A stretch of DNA of 64,000 nt from the human T2T-CHM13v2.0 reference genome, Homo sapiens (GCF_009914755.1 NC_060929.1), one strand, 5' to 3'; positions 1 to 15,860 are shown, counted from the first letter of the stretch. Numbers and translations are program-made. The notes: generated from the letters alone by a model not told the origin.

Positions 1-376
1 TCTGAGGGGCTTTTCAGATGTGGAAATCTGCCCTAATCAAAGATTAGAGATAACTCTGGTCTTAACAAGTATGTAAATAGTTTTGATCTTTTTCAAACAA
101 ATTTTTCTAGGAACTGAAGTCAAAAGCAAAGTTTAGGGAAGGAAACTTTCATTCAGACCCATGCTTTGATTGTAGTATTGCTGTAATATGCAGTACCTCT
201 AGCCATTACTCACAGTTTCTAACAGGTTGACACCCATTTCCCCCAACAACCTGGAAGGAAAGAACTTGTACTCCCGGAACAGACAGGGAGGGGAGGGCAG
301 GGGAGCAAGAGGAAAGGGGGGCTGTTCTCCAGCAAGGTGTCAGCACTGGTGTTGCTTCTATTCTTAAAAACATCTG

Positions 377-737
<361 letters not shown>

Positions 738-1781
738 TTATCTAAAATAAATATATAATTTTAGTTACTTATTATATCTAAACAAATCCAATGGCAGGCC
801 TGGGTTTGTGGGCTGAAGGTCATCACTAGTTCATAAGCGTGACCTCCTGCTCCACTGGCTCTTGCTGAATTTGCTCCATTATTCTGCTCCCTCCTTCCCC
901 CAAATCAGACCCTAGTCTCCATCTGAGCCACCTCTGAGATTCCTACCCTCACCCTCCTAGTCTATTGGCAAAACTGAGCTGACAAAACAATGAACAGGAA
1001 ACACTTGCTGTCCACATCCACTGACTCCCGAGGACCACTCCGAGTTAGGACCTTTATGTGGCTGCTGTGTCATCCAACAGACATTTTCTCTACTGACTGA
1101 GCCAAGTTCCAGGTACATGCTGGTGACTGCTCACAGAGTTTTACAGTCTGGGAGTGAACCGGGAGTACAAACAGCAATTCCTGTGTGAGGTGGGCACAGA
1201 GAATCTGCGAAGATTAGAGGGATCCTGCCAAATGGGCCAGAGAGGAAGCTAGGAGTCATACAGAGACCGTCCCTGCCAGTGTCATAGTAGTTAAGGGGTC
1301 CATTAAAACTAATAGCCCCAGTTCCCTTCACTGGTAAGAATCGAGAATAGCTTAGGTCTCTGTGGAAATGAAAAGCAAAAAATCCTAAGTCTGTGTATTT
1401 TTGTGCAAACACCAAAGCTGTCATGATGTGTCAGAAGAAGAGAGAAATTTCCTTCTGCTCTCATGCTGTTAACAGGAAACTCAAAACTGAAAGAAAATGA
1501 ACTGTCCCTGTTCACTATACATACAGAGAATCTCAAAGACACTTAAAAGGTCAGACACCTTGGTCGTTGTTAAAGCTGTAAGTAAGAGGGAAAAGTACCA
1601 CACTTAGCCATAAAACAATACTAGTATCTTCCTCCTAGGTGGCTGTCATGTCAAGCAGAGTGACATGCATCTCTACACTATCATGAAGGAGACTAAGACC
1701 CAAGACCCAGGGATGCAGGCTGAATGCATTGCTTGTATCCATTTATTCAATCTTAACTGAAACCCAATGAGGTAGGGAGTT

Positions 1782-2082
1782 GGCTGGGTGCAGTGGCTCG
1801 TGCCTGTAATCCCAGCACTTTGAGAGGCCAAGGCGGGCGGATCACCTGAGCTCAGGAGTGCGAGACCAACCTGGCCAACACGGTGAAACCCTCTCTGTAC
1901 TAAAAATACAAAAAATTAACCAGGCTTGGTGGGCACACAACTGTAGTCCCAGTTACTCGGGAGGCTGAGGCAGGAGAGTGGCTTTAGCCTGGGAGGCAGA
2001 GGTTGCAGTGAGCCAAGATGGTGCCAGTGCACTCCAGCCTGGGCTACAGAGCAAGACTCCATCTCAAAAAAAAATAAAAGAA
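1782..2082 (+). mobile_element. Alu SINE (AluS-like) inserted into a MIR
   Basis: Dimeric Alu with A-tail; flanking target-site duplication AGGTAGGGAGTT (1770-1781) / AGGTAGGGCGTT (2083-2094). Confidence 0.93.
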
Positions 2083-2215
2083 AGGTAGGGCGTTATTGTC
2101 CCATTTAACAGGTGAGGAAAACTGAGGCCCAGAGAAGTTAAATGACTCTACCAAGGCCACACAGCTAATGATTGAAGAAACTGGAGCTGAACCTATTTTT
2201 GCCTGATGCAGGCAA
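2083..2215 (-). mobile_element. MIR SINE fragment
   Basis: MIR core CCCATTTAACAGGTGAGGAAAACTGAGGCCCAGAGAAGTTAAATGACT. Confidence 0.8.
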
Positions 2216-3461
2216 TATTCCATTGGCAACCCTCTCCCAGGTAAGCTGATTATCACAGTATGCAGTTTTTATGCTCAGCTGGGAGAAGTCTGATGAGATC
2301 TCCTAGAAGCCCGTCAGGAGAACAGAATGCTCCTTAGATAACAATCCCCATTTATCTTCCAAATCAGATACAGGGGAACTTGAACACCAGAAGTTTTTCA
2401 GCATAGAACACAGGGCCAGACACATGACAAATGCTCAGTGAATATTTATGGAAGGAAGAGGGAGAAGAGAGTACAGAAGAGGAAGGTTATGTTTATTTTA
2501 GCCTAAAAAATTACCTCGGTTATTACCAAACAGACACTTGGGTTATAAAATCATCTTGGTAAACATGCATCTACTTTAAGCAATGTTCCTTGCTGGTGAA
2601 ACTTCCAAAACAACCAGTTTATAAAATATGTTTCAGAGAACTGAGCGAGTAGTCTCTGTGTAGCTGGAAGCCCGTTAAATAGCTGGGGATATGTAACATG
2701 AATTATTCAGATAATAGGAGAAATAACTGCTTCATACTGCCATCAGGTATTTATCGAGACCAAACTTATGAAGACTTGTTGAAATGAATTGAGTTCTTCT
2801 AGAGACTGAACATAATTTTTTCTAGGATTTGCTAAGCCCAAATGACTTACTGATGTTGAATTAAACTTCATTCCCAGAACTCAATCTCTTCTTTTATTAC
2901 TGACGTCACTTAAAACCTCCAGTTTAAACCAACTGTGTGAAAACAGATTGGGCAATAATTTCTCAAGGAGCGGAGCTTGTTTGCTGCACCTTGGTTTGGT
3001 AAAAAGCAAAATCATTTCTCCATGGCAAATATGTCCTCCTTACTTGGGCAGTTGTAATTTTTACTACACAAGATTTTGCTTGTTGATTTAACAGCTTGTG
3101 CCTCCTATTAAGGAGCAAGATGTTTTCCAACTGACTGCACAAGCCTCCAAATCAGGTTTTCCCCATAAGTCGTGAGACAAAAAAAAAAAATACTAGTGAG
3201 CTATGATAGAAAAGACTAACTGTTGTTAAGAAATGACATTCTGAAATTCCACCAAAGTTAGCTGACGGTCAACTTTGTAGCTCCAATTTTGTAGTTACAT
3301 GGTTTTTCTCTCATAACTGTAAGTTGAGAATTTACTGCAATAGTTCTGTTTCCTTTGACTTTTTCTGGAATGATATAATTCACCTGAGGATAGGAAGATG
3401 TCTTTCCCTCTTGAACAGAGATTTAATTCTTCTTCTCCATTCATATTTATACTGTTTAGTG

Positions 3462-3699
3462 CAGTGATTCTCAACTGGGAGCAATTTTACTCCTCCCCCC
3501 GCCCCCCGGAGCATTGTTATTGTCAATGGAGACATTTCTGGTTGTCACAATGAGAGGTGAAGGATGCCCCTGCCGTCCAGTAGGCAGAGGCCAGGGATGG
3601 TGTTAAACACGCTGTGATGTGCAGGACAGCCCGCAAAGCAGAGAATAACCCAGTTCAACCCAGTTCAAGTGTCCATGGTGCCAAGGCTGAGAAACCCTG
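3462..3699. mobile_element. MER20-like hAT-Charlie DNA transposon
   Basis: Termini CAGTGATTCTCAA ... TGAGAAACCCTG; internal GGAGACATTTCTGGTTGTCACAA and TAGGCAGAGGCCAGGGATG motifs. Confidence 0.75.
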
Positions 3700-4962
3700 C
3701 GTTACTGCAATCCCCATGCACACTCCTTATTAAACACTGTGTGGAGCAGATGAATAACCCCTTCTTCATTTTCCTCTCCCCTTTAGCTACCACCTTAGTA
3801 GCAGCTTTTCTCTACCTTGCTGTCACCTTGAATAGGTGCTTATGTCTACAGTCTCCATCTATCTTCTCACCCGTCCCTTCTGAGTCACTGAGAGTTGGGC
3901 TTTCTCTTCACTTTCCGTAAAGGAAAGTGACCCAAGGTCAGCAGGTGGCTCCTCTTTGTCCCCGGACCTTTCTTCATCTCTGATTTAGCTCCCTTTGGGC
4001 TCCAACGCTCATCTCAGAAGTCACTGCCTAAGGCCCGCAGCAGCCCCAGGTTCCATTTCTCCTGGTCTCTCAGCTGTTTTCCAGCGTGCCTTGCTGGTTC
4101 CCCTCCCCCCGACCCATGTCCTAGCCCAGGGCATATTGCCAGCTCAACCCTCTGGTATCCCACTCTCCTTTCTTCCCTTGGAGCCCTCACCTGCTGTAGT
4201 GGGCACATTCACGATCCTTCCTGGGTGCGTGCTTCTCGAATGCACAGCGGTCAGCTTTGACCTTCCGCCAAAGCCTAACGAGTCCGTGTCTGCATTCCTC
4301 CCAGCCATTTCCTCTTGGTGATCCCACTGCCAACCTAAGTATAGTTATTCAATAGGCATTTATTGAGTTCTTCTTCTTTGTCAGGGACTTTATTCTGCTG
4401 TGGAGACACAGATTAATAGAGCAAAGTCTCTACCCTGGTGGAGCTCACAAACCAGTGAGGGATGCCGACTTGAAAAGACACAAGGCACTGGCTTCCGTGC
4501 TAACACGGACATCCATTCGGCCAAGCAGCCATGCCCGGCAGGCCTGGGACCGCATGTCATTGAAACCCCGAAGGCCCAGCAGCCCAGCAGGCAGGCTGGA
4601 ACAGAAACCGTGCTCCACCCCACTTTGGTGCACAGAATCGTTAAGTATTGGGGGAGCAGAAACCTTCAGGACATTTAAAGGAATTAAATGAATTCTACGC
4701 ATATACTAATAATGTAACAAAAAATAGAAACTTTTAAAAAGGTGAAATTCCAAATATAAATATAGTAAGTGCTACAAATTCATGTTAAATATAAACAGGT
4801 AACAGGAATGATAAACAGAAATTAATAGGAAATCTGCATAGAAATGTTCACTTCTTCCCACTGGGAAATCTTCAGGACTTCTCTCCTTCAGCTCTGTAAT
4901 TCCCTCCTCCTCGTGGGATGACACAGCCCTCAAGGACGAGTAAATGAGGAAATTGTTACCCT

Positions 4963-5350
4963 CCATATTAGTTTGCTAAGGCTGCCATAACAAAGTACTG
5001 CAAACGGGGGACTTAAACCACAGAAGTTAATTGCCTCGCTGTTCTGGAGACTGGAAACCAAAGATCAAGTCGTCAGCAAGGTTGGTCTCTCCTGAGGCCT
5101 CTCTTCTCCCCCTGTCGGGCCTCTTTCCTTCCTCTCCTTGTGTCTTCACACGGCCTTCCCTTTGTGGGTGACTGGGTCCTAACTGCCTCTTCTTAAAAGG
5201 ACACCAGTCATATTGGATTAGGGCCCACCCTTATAAGCTCATTTTATCTTAATCACCCCTTTAAAGACCCTATCTCCAAATATGGTCATATCCTGAGAGA
5301 CTGGGGTTAGGACTTTAACATATGAACTTGGAGGGACACAATTTAGCCTA
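4963..5350 (-). mobile_element. MaLR solo LTR (MLT1 family)
   Basis: TATTAGTTTGCTAAGGCTGCCATAACAAAGTAC ... AAGGACACCAGTCATATTGGATTAGGGCCCACCC ... GGGACACAATTTAGCC. Confidence 0.8.
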
Positions 5351-6021
5351 AAATCCTCCATTTCAAGGCCTAAGAGGGCAAAAGGAGGGGGATGTTCCCA
5401 GAACTAGAGAGAGCTGCAGTGCAGAGACAGTAGCTGCCACCCGGGGCAGTAGCCCTTGTCCTCCGTGAAGAAGACTGACCCCTGTGGAAAGCCTGCGGTG
5501 AGCAGGGAAGAGGAGGAACGAGGCCCCAAGCCTCCTCCCTGCTCTCTTTTTCCACTGCACCTCCCACTGGGCAATCGCCACTGGCAGCCCAAGGACAAGG
5601 AGCGGGCACCCCCTAGCGGTCAGGCCACCAGAGCCAGAGCCCCGCAGAGAAAGGCAAAGGCCGGCTGTGGAGGGGAAAGGAGGGAAGAAGGCGCCAGCCC
5701 CTCCTCAAAGCCAGCTTCCCTTGGTGATTTCTGGACTAATACGATACAGGTTCCCCGTGGTCAGCCTTAGCCCGCATGATGCGTTTGGCCTGAGGGGGCC
5801 TGAGACACGGAAGTCAGTGTCTTCTAGCACCTAACGTCTCCCCTTGGCCACACAGTGCTTCCTTGAGATGGGATTTGATTCTTATAGAATGTTTGCAGTG
5901 CCTTGTAGCATTAGAATTTGCCTGCATTCCTTTCTGCCTAAAGCTCAGGTTTGGGACAAAGGGGAACAGTTTCCAGCTGTGATGCTCTAACTTCCATCTG
6001 CCTGTGTGTGTTTGTTCTCAG

Positions 6022-6136
6022 GAGCCCGAGCGGCAGTACATGCACATTGGCACCATGGTGGAGTTTGCTTTTGCCCTGGTAGGGAAGCTGGATGCCATCA
6101 ACAAGCACTCCTTCAACGACTTCAAATTGCGAGTGG
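6022..6136 (+). CDS. ADCY2: Adenylate cyclase 2, third-from-last coding exon (C2 catalytic domain)
   Basis: ttctcag|GAG ... GTG G|gtacgt; 115 nt encoding EPERQYMHIGTMVEFAFALVGKLDAINKHSFNDFKLRV+G; phase matches the next exon. Confidence 0.96.
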
Positions 6137-6700
6137 GTACGTTCTGCAAAAGAGGTCTCGGTTTCAGTTGTGGCAAAGATGTGGAATAAGGAGTAAGTCA
6201 GGAGATATTGATGATCCTTTCAGTGTTGGAGTAGAACAATTACAAATGCATCCCGTTGCAAGACTGGATGACAGAAGGAAGGACACTTTTGAACAAATTA
6301 GAAAAAAAAAAACCCTTTGATTGGACCTAGGCTACCTGCACTCAGTCAAGGTCGCGTCTACAAACACGGCACGCACAGCCTTGAGCCATCCTGCGTTGCT
6401 GATTCACTGTGAGACATCCACTAAGAGCTGCTACATTATTTTATGGGCTGTTGCCAATTAAACTGGGACCTGCCACTAACTATAAGATACACCCATATTT
6501 CAGAGATGTAAAAATATTTTCTTTAAAAAAGTGGATCTTAGAATTGTTGCAATACAGTTCCATCTTCCTGGGGCCACAAGCTGTAAGAACACCAAATGTG
6601 TCATAGGTTCTGAAACAGCGACAGCTTTTCCGATTGTGTTCAAATCCTAGAGAAAAAAAAATCCAGCTTTCTTTATAATATTGTTAAAAAATAACCTTTA

Positions 6701-7047
<347 letters not shown>

Positions 7048-7477
7048 TTAACAGACTTTAAGTTGATTTTTTTTAGCATGTTTCATGACTTGCCTTTTAC
7101 AAATTGTTGTTTTTTTAAATGTGTGTTTTAAGCCATCAAGTCAACACACAGCTTGGTTGCGATGTGTGCAGTTACTTGCAACCATTCAGAGTTCTAAGAG
7201 CTTCTTTGACCATTTTATGGTTTTCTTGGCAACACATTTTGCTTCTTCTGAGAGTCAGTTTATATAAGAGCAGTTCAGGCAGCAAATTCTATCTGAATGG
7301 TTTTTAACGCTCTCTTACATACAAATTTCAACTTTAAAAAGAAATCTGAATATTTAAAGCCATTTTCTTCCTTTGCTATGGGTATGTCCTGAATGTCATT
7401 TAAATCCAAAATATGTTACATCTCTTTCACAAATGAGATGTGTTTCTCCACTTGTACTATTAGTTGTCAGTGTTTAA

Positions 7478-7809
<332 letters not shown>

Positions 7810-8016
7810 CCATATTTTTCTTTCTACTTTCTCAGTTCTGTGCATAGTAAACCCCTATCGGGGGCTCTACCTTACACAAAGATGAGATGACCACACCAAA
7901 CATGGGCGTGTCCCTTTGACCCCAGAGACTCTACACTGTTTTGACAGCTTGGAAAATGGGCTCCTCAAATTTTGCTACTATACCTCTTTAAAATAAAAAA
8001 AAATGTATTACATGGG

Positions 8017-8464
8017 TGTATTAGGGTTATCTGGAGGGACAGAAATAATAGGATAGATGTATATATAAAGGAAAGTTTATTAAGAAGTATTAACTCACAC
8101 AATCACAAGGCGAGGTCCCACATTAGGCCGTCTGCAAGCCGAGGAGCAAGGAAGCCAGTCCGAGTCCCAAAGCTAAAGAACTTGGAGTCTGATGCTGGAG
8201 GGCAGGAAGCATCCAGCACAGGAGGAAGATGTAGGCTGGGAGGTGAAGCCAGTCTAATCTCTCCACGTTCTTCTGCCTGCTTTTATTCTGGCCACGCTGG
8301 CAGCTGATCAGATGGTGCCCACTCACATTGAGGGTGGGTCTGCCTTTCCCAATCCACTCACTCAAATGTTAATCTCCTTTGGCAACACCCTCACAGACAC
8401 ACCTAGGAACAGTACCTTGCATCTGTCAATCCAATTAATTTGACATTTAGTATTAACTATCGCA
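8017..8464. mobile_element. ERVL solo LTR (MLT2A-like)
   Basis: TGTATTAGGGTTATCTGGAGGGACAGAA ... GGAAGCCAGTCCGAGTCCCAAAGCT ... TTTGGCAACACCCTCACAGACAC ... TTAACTATCGCA. Confidence 0.82.
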
Positions 8465-9012
8465 ATGGGAGAATGACCTCTTCTATTATCAAACTTATAT
8501 AGACCAAAATCATATTGCCCTGCACTGCAGCATGGGACCAGAACGGCTATTTGCCAGTCATATGTGCTACCTCCAACGTGCCATTTTCCTGGTCTAGACT
8601 TCAGTGATATTGTTCAGATTCACGCGAACTGTTGAATGGACCTCCTTCCAGTGGTGTTTATTGACATTAAATGTCTACTTTACCCTGATTGTCCAATAAC
8701 TGATAAAGTCTATACCCTCAACCCCATATATCAGCCTTGTTAGATTTCTAAGGAAGCCTGAACTCAACGTTTCACTTGGCCTTTGATTCTCCCTTTCCCC
8801 CGACCCTCTGTCTCTCCCAGGAGGGGACTTCCCTGCTTGACCTCCATGCACTGTGACATCCAGAGGTAGTTCAGGGATAGCAAAGTGGAAGAATAATATT
8901 GCCAACAAAAGCGATGGGACAAATAATGAGGTGAATTCACTCCTAGCATCCTTTTCAGCATATCTAGCTGTAGAATCAGTTGGAACCACAAATCAAGCAC
9001 ACTCCTACACTA

Positions 9013-9669
<657 letters not shown>

Positions 9670-9711
9670 TTATAAGATGAATCTTGCTAACTCAACTCTG
9701 ATGTGGCACAG

Positions 9712-9836
9712 GTATTAACCATGGACCTGTGATAGCTGGTGTGATTGGAGCTCAGAAGCCACAATATGATATCTGGGGCAACACTGTCAATGTGGCCAGT
9801 AGGATGGACAGCACCGGAGTCCTGGACAAAATACAG
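9712..9836 (+). CDS. ADCY2: Adenylate cyclase 2, penultimate coding exon (cyclase signature motif)
   Basis: cacag|GT ATT ... ATA CAG|gtaatg; 125 nt encoding (G)[41 protein letters not shown], the class III nucleotide cyclase signature. Not captured by the ORF track. Confidence 0.97.
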
Positions 9837-11847
9837 GTAATGCAGAGTGTGGTCTGCGCTGCCTGCATCAACCATGTCTGTTCTCTTGGGAACCATAAAT
9901 AAGTATAATAAGGATACTAATATATTAAAACAAAGGAAAAAAGTAAACCTTGAAATTTACTTATCTTTTGGAGAACAATTTTTGGGGAAATGTCAGTTTC
10001 TGTATTGACTGTTAACAACAACAACAAAATTCTAACAATATAAAGGCTATTATATTTGTGAAAACAAATGATCCAGCAGCAACCAGCATGATGGCACAAC
10101 AGCCCTGAGCATTCAGTACAGGAGAACCTTTATTACTTCTCCTGGTGCTAATACCTTAAAAAGGACTTTGCAAACGAGAGGGATCACATGCAACCAAAAC
10201 CAGACACAACCCCTCACCTTCTTCTCTCAAGCTGAATTGGGAGGAGGGGAAGTGGTAGGCTTCGGAGAGGTGGGAGATGAAACAGAAGGTTGATATGAAT
10301 GGCAGCTCTGGAATCCACCCAAGAGGGAGAAAGGAAGGTGTAACAAATGAAAAGCAGTGGTTGGAGAAAACTAAAATTATTTTATGTGACTATTCCCATT
10401 GCTCATTAAATCAATTATAATCGTGGTTAAAGTAACTATATTACAATAGCACTAATAATATTGTATTTTTAAAAGTATTTTAAAATCACTGAAAAGATAA
10501 TAGAAAAAAAATCTGTTATTAGAACTATGCTGAAACTATCCCCCCAGTTACAAAAGAGCAGTGGTTCTGCCCAGGTTGACAGTGACAGAATCAAGGAAGA
10601 GCGGGAAGAGAAACAAGGGAGGCTACGAAGATGGCAGCTTGGTCAAGCCTGTTCTTCAATAATTCCGCACCCACGTCCTGTGCTCCTCCCACGTGCTGAC
10701 TAGATGCTGTGGCTACAGCATGAGCAAGTCAAACTCAACTTTGCCCTTGTACAGCGAATGTTCTCTTGGAGATGACCGTTAGCCACCAGAAGTCACAGTG
10801 GTGCCACTGCAAGTGTGACTGTGCTGGAGGACTTCAGCTGGCCTGTGTGGCTGGGGAAGGCTCTGGAGAACTCGATTTTCAGACGACAGGCTGTGTGAGT
10901 AAGAAAGGTGTGGAACTGGAGACAGTGTGTGAAGACCACCTTTTCAGATGTGAAGTGAGCTGATGGAGCAGAAGGGGAAGGGAGTTCAAGGCTGCGTTCA
11001 AGAATTATCCTGAACAGGGGCAATGCTCACAGGAAGAACGGAGTGAGGGGACCAGTGAAAATAAAGGTGGTTTGAGGTTCCCCCGGTGAAGGAAGGAGAT
11101 TGGAACAGTGTGTGGTTGGAGAGTGGGCTCACAGCTCAGTAGCAACATCTGCAGCATTAACGGAGAAAAGTGAAGAAGGAAGGGTGCAAGAGTGGAAACA
11201 GGAAGCTACAGTTCATTCCAGTATTCGGAAGAAAGAAGGGGATCTCAGCTAAGAAAAGAATAAGAAGAAGATAAAGAGGTGCATGTCATTACATTTTAAA
11301 TCTACCATTATACTCTTGGATAATATATGTAGAATGGTAAACATGTTCACAAGGTTTAGATGTAACTTTAAATATATTTATAGCAAAAGCCATTTTGTAT
11401 CATGGTTTGGAAATTTTGCTTAAACTGTGGTTAGAGATTATCTTTTTAATTTTCATCATTGAACCCACACCCAAATCCACGTAATATATTTTGGTTAATA
11501 CTAGAATTTCATTCAATTTTACCATTATTACACCAAGAAGCTATCCTGAAGCTTGCTATCATAATGACAAAATGACACGCCAGTGTAATATCTGTCCCCC
11601 TCAGAGGCACAAACATCTAGCAACACAGAATGTGTTTCAGTGAAGAGCTTGGAGATACCAAGGTTTTATGGTCCTTCCTTGCCTTCTTCAAAATTCTGCT
11701 TCTATTAATAGCTAGAAATTAGTGAAATTCAATCTGCCTTCCAGTGAGCTCATCAGTGAGCTGATCATCAGCAGCTGGAACACATACACCTGATTGTACA
11801 CAGTTCCAGACACCCAGAGAGAAGGGCTGGGATCTGCAAGTGAGAAG

Positions 11848-11890
11848 CGTGTGTGCACGTGTGTGTACATGCATGTGTGTGTGTGTGTGT
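11848..11890. repeat. Imperfect (TG)n microsatellite
   Basis: GTGTGTGCACGTGTGTGTACATGCATGTGTGTGTGTGTGTGT. Confidence 0.85.
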
Positions 11891-14145
11891 CTGTGCTGAA
11901 CACTCTATTTGTCTCACTCTCAGAAAGCAGTGGATTCACGTTTCACCCCTGTTATGTTACATTCTGGAAAATGAATTTCTGCTAAATGGAAAATTTATAT
12001 GAAAGTCACCGGACTTGCACTATAGATTTATCATGGTGGTCCTCTGGGCTTTTGATAAATCCTTATAGTGTGTGTCTCAGCTTAGCCAAGACATGCGAAT
12101 AGCCTTGCCTCCTAAAATTGACTGCACAGACTGGCACAGTCCTTTCCTCTTTAAAAGACTGTCCCCTCCATTGTTGTCAGAATGGGCTTTTTATTAAACC
12201 TCGACTTACCTGCCTTTCATATTTACCCCATCTCGTTCATTCCTTTGGTCTTTCTAAAGGATATCTTTAATTTTTGTATGGAATGGAGGAAACATTACTT
12301 CTAAGTATCTGCCTTCTTTTATTCAGATTGAGTCAACACTTGCTACAAAGTAAGTAAAAGTCCAACCAAGAGAAGGAAGAGATAAAAGAAAACTAATGGG
12401 AGGTGGGGAGGAAGTATTCCAACCAAATTGGCCATTGCCAAGGATCTGCTCACGAGATCAGACTTGGAGTGAGTTTCCAACACTGGCTCCAGCTGCCTCC
12501 CCTCTCATGCTAGGGTGCAAGACGAGGCTCTTCTCCCTGTGGCTGGAGCTGTGGTCATCATCTGTGGAGACTGCTCAGTTGCCCAGCCAGAACAAGAATC
12601 GTGGGGCATTTTGGCAGCCTAGTCTAATCATTTTCTGATGGTACCAAGGCTTCCGGGACTTTCTGCATAAACATCGCTAGCCACTTCCAATGCCCAGGGA
12701 TACTCCTGCAATCCTGGACAACCCCAGGTCTTATCTTGGCAGGGAAGAGAGGCCTGCCCCTACCAAGGACTCACTTTCCCACCTGCAGGCCAGCCCATGT
12801 CCCCAGCACAACACCCGGAATATTCCGACGATTTATGGCAGTTTTTAATATGCTTTCTAGATCCCCTAGCAGCTTTTAAGCACTTGGGAGAAGTATCAAA
12901 AGCAATTTGAGTGAGGCAGGTCATGGAGAGTGCTCCCTCCTGGAGATCGTAAATCTCCTAGAGGTCGATGTTTGAAATGAGTTTGAGCTCATATGTGTCT
13001 CAAAGAGGATATTGGGCTTCATAAAGCTCCATGTGACTCAGGGCAGGTCGGCCACCTACACCGGCTCCATGACCTCTGATCCCTGGAGGGAAACAAGACA
13101 GGTTTCTGCCTGTCAGTAGGGAGCCATGTTTGTAGACCTGTGTTTGCTTCCTTAGCACGGAAGCTGAAGGGCTGCATTTGGGTAAGTTTTTAATCCCGAA
13201 GGTGTGGCTTGCTTCCTCACTCCAATAAGCTCTCTTTTCCATTTATGTGCAAAAAATAGTAGTGAGATGCCAGGAAAATAAAAAACGATGCCCAGACCAT
13301 TAATAAGCTTCTCCTAGGCCTGAGGAACGGGTTCTTTTTATTAAAGAGCATTTAACTCCCAGCATGCTTTCTAGCCTGGAAACCCCAAGAACAGCATAGC
13401 AAGCCCACTCAGCAACCCTGCGGCTTCTCCTAGGCCTGGAGGCATAGTAACCGGTGTGCATCGAGATGGACAGCTTCTTCCTCCCGGTTTCCCATTAATC
13501 ATGCGGTGCTGATTGGCGGGTGGTTCGGCATTATGAACACCAGTGGATAGTTTTAAAATGCCAGTGACATTAGCACCAGTAAATACCTCAACAGTTAACC
13601 CCCAAAGCACCAAAAGGCCACTTTTGGTGGAAGGCCGCTCGTCCAATGACTGCAGAATTTGCAAACCTGAGTTTCATTGGTTTTCTTCATCTTCTTTCAG
13701 CTCTTATCCAGTACACAAAGCACTCCCGGGGCTCCTGCCCTCCTCCCAGGACTTGGGCCAGACCAGAGCAGCAGGACATGGACATCTGGCACCTGTGCCT
13801 CCTTTTCCTTTCTGCTCTGCTCATCAGGGTCCCGAGGACCCACACGTGGACCTTGTGCTAGGGGCTGTCCTTCCATGACATTGCAGAAAGGTGGATGATT
13901 CTTCCATAGCCCGCCCTTGAGATCTGCGCATGGAGGATTCACCCTGGTTCTGGGCGTCCCTGGATGCTGTCCTGGGCTCTCATGAGCACAGCCCCTCATG
14001 GTTTCCTTGCACTTCTACCTCTGCCCCAACAGTGATGTCTGCCCTCAAGGCCTTTCTTAGTCTCCAAGTCCAAGGAGGCTGGAGCTTTGCTGTTGACACG
14101 GCCCCCACCTTTGCACCTTCCCCGGGACACACCACAACCAAAATT

Positions 14146-14569
14146 GTGCCATAACACCCCTGTGTGCCATAACACTGCTGTGTGCCATAACACTGCTATG
14201 TGCCAGAACAATGCTGCTGTGTGCCATAACAGCGCTGCAGTGTGCCACAACACTGCTATGTGCCAGAACAACACTGCTGTGTCCCATAACAACGCTGCTG
14301 TGTGCCACGACAACGCTGCTGTGCGCCACGACAACGCTGCTGTGCGCCACGACAACGCTGCTGTGCGCCACGACAACGCTGCTGTGTGACATGACAACGC
14401 TGCTGTGTGCCATGACAATGCTGCTGTGTGACATGACAACGCTGCTGTGCGCCATAAAACTGCTGTGTGCCATAACACTGCTGTGTGCTGTAACAACACT
14501 TGTTGTGTGCCGTAACAACGCTGCTGGGTGCCATAGCAACACTGCTGTGTGCCATAACACTGCTATGTG
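14146..14569. repeat. Minisatellite/VNTR with 18- and 21-bp units in the ADCY2 last intron
   Basis: About 20 tandem units of CCATAACACTGCTGTGTG (18 nt) and CCACGACAACGCTGCTGTGCG (21 nt). Confidence 0.93.
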
Positions 14570-15860
14570 GCTTGTAAGCTGCCCAGCCCTGTCACACCCA
14601 CCTGGCACAGGTTTGTCACTCCAGTGCTGGAGGTGGCCAGGGTCTCACAGGTGCCCTTGTTGCAGCCATGCCAGCTGCCTTCTCAGATGAAGTGGGAGGA
14701 GATTGCTCCTTTGTGCCTTTTTCTCATGGTTCCAAAGCAGCATTACCAGGGCTTTCTGTCTGCCCAAACTCAGATACCTGCTAGGGGACACTGGGTGGAG
14801 GAGCAGGTAGCCAACAGAGGGGTCTTCCCTGGCCTCAGAAGCTGAGGCCTCACCCTCAGACCACGCCTGTGTGTCTCACTGGTTCTCTGCTTTTGCAGCT
14901 CCTCCACACTCAGGCAGCCCAAGCCCAGGCAGGCGCGGGCCCACAGTCCCAGACAGGGTGTCCTAAGGAAGGCGCAGCACACGCAGAAGCTCAGGGAGCC
15001 AGTACTGGACAGTGCATCTCCGCTGAGGAGGAAGCTGTCAGAGCCAGCAAGTTCACGGCCATCCGACCTGCAGGGCCTGGACATGGTTCGGCTGCCGGGT
15101 CCCTCGCCTGTCGGTGCAATGGCAGGAAATAAGTGGTCCTGTCAAGCCAGCAGCCTGCAAGAGGGGCTGCCCTCCTTAGCCCCCGTTTCAATGCAGTGAA
15201 GCGAGGAGACCTTTGAGACTTGACTGGAAGCATCATGCTCATGCGGACACCAGTGCAAATTCCTACAGCTCTTTCAGTTTTAGGTTACTTCACTCAAAGG
15301 CATCAAACCTGACAGACGCGACCATTGGCAGGAGTCGACAGTGCTCAGTGCTGCTTCTCGGGGTGTTCCTCCCATCGACACTGACATCTATGATTAATGT
15401 TTATTTCATGAAAGGACATTCATGACAATGTATAAACATCATCCAGAATCCCACCACTCCAATCTATTTTGGTTTACTCTCTTTCATCCAGGTCTCTTCA
15501 GTGTGAATACATAACATCATGTGGTTGAAATCATAGCCTGGATCCAGGCTCAATTCCTTTTCTGGGTGAAATGGTTTGACATTGTGTCATCCATGATAGC
15601 ATCATGGTAGCACCGTAGTTTACTGGAGTTACTTGAATTTTAGGTTGTTTCCAGTTTTTCACTATCCCAGCGCTGAATTAAACATTGTCCTTTACAACCT
15701 TTTTTTCTCGTGGATTACTCTCACTTTTCTACTAACTTCTCAGGAGTGGAATTCCTGGGTCAAAGAGCATGGTGCTTTTTTTAGCTCTGCATCCTTGAGT
15801 CAGATGGGTTGTATCAATGTATGTACTAAGCCCGTTTTCCCGTGTTCCTGTGCCTTCTAG

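Noticed and set aside
13996-14690. Repetitive ORFs of 100-183 aa on both strands, and a possible CRISPR-like array
   Set aside because: Explained by a VNTR with units in multiples of 3. The repeats are contiguous with no unique spacers, and there are no cas genes in this eukaryotic DNA.
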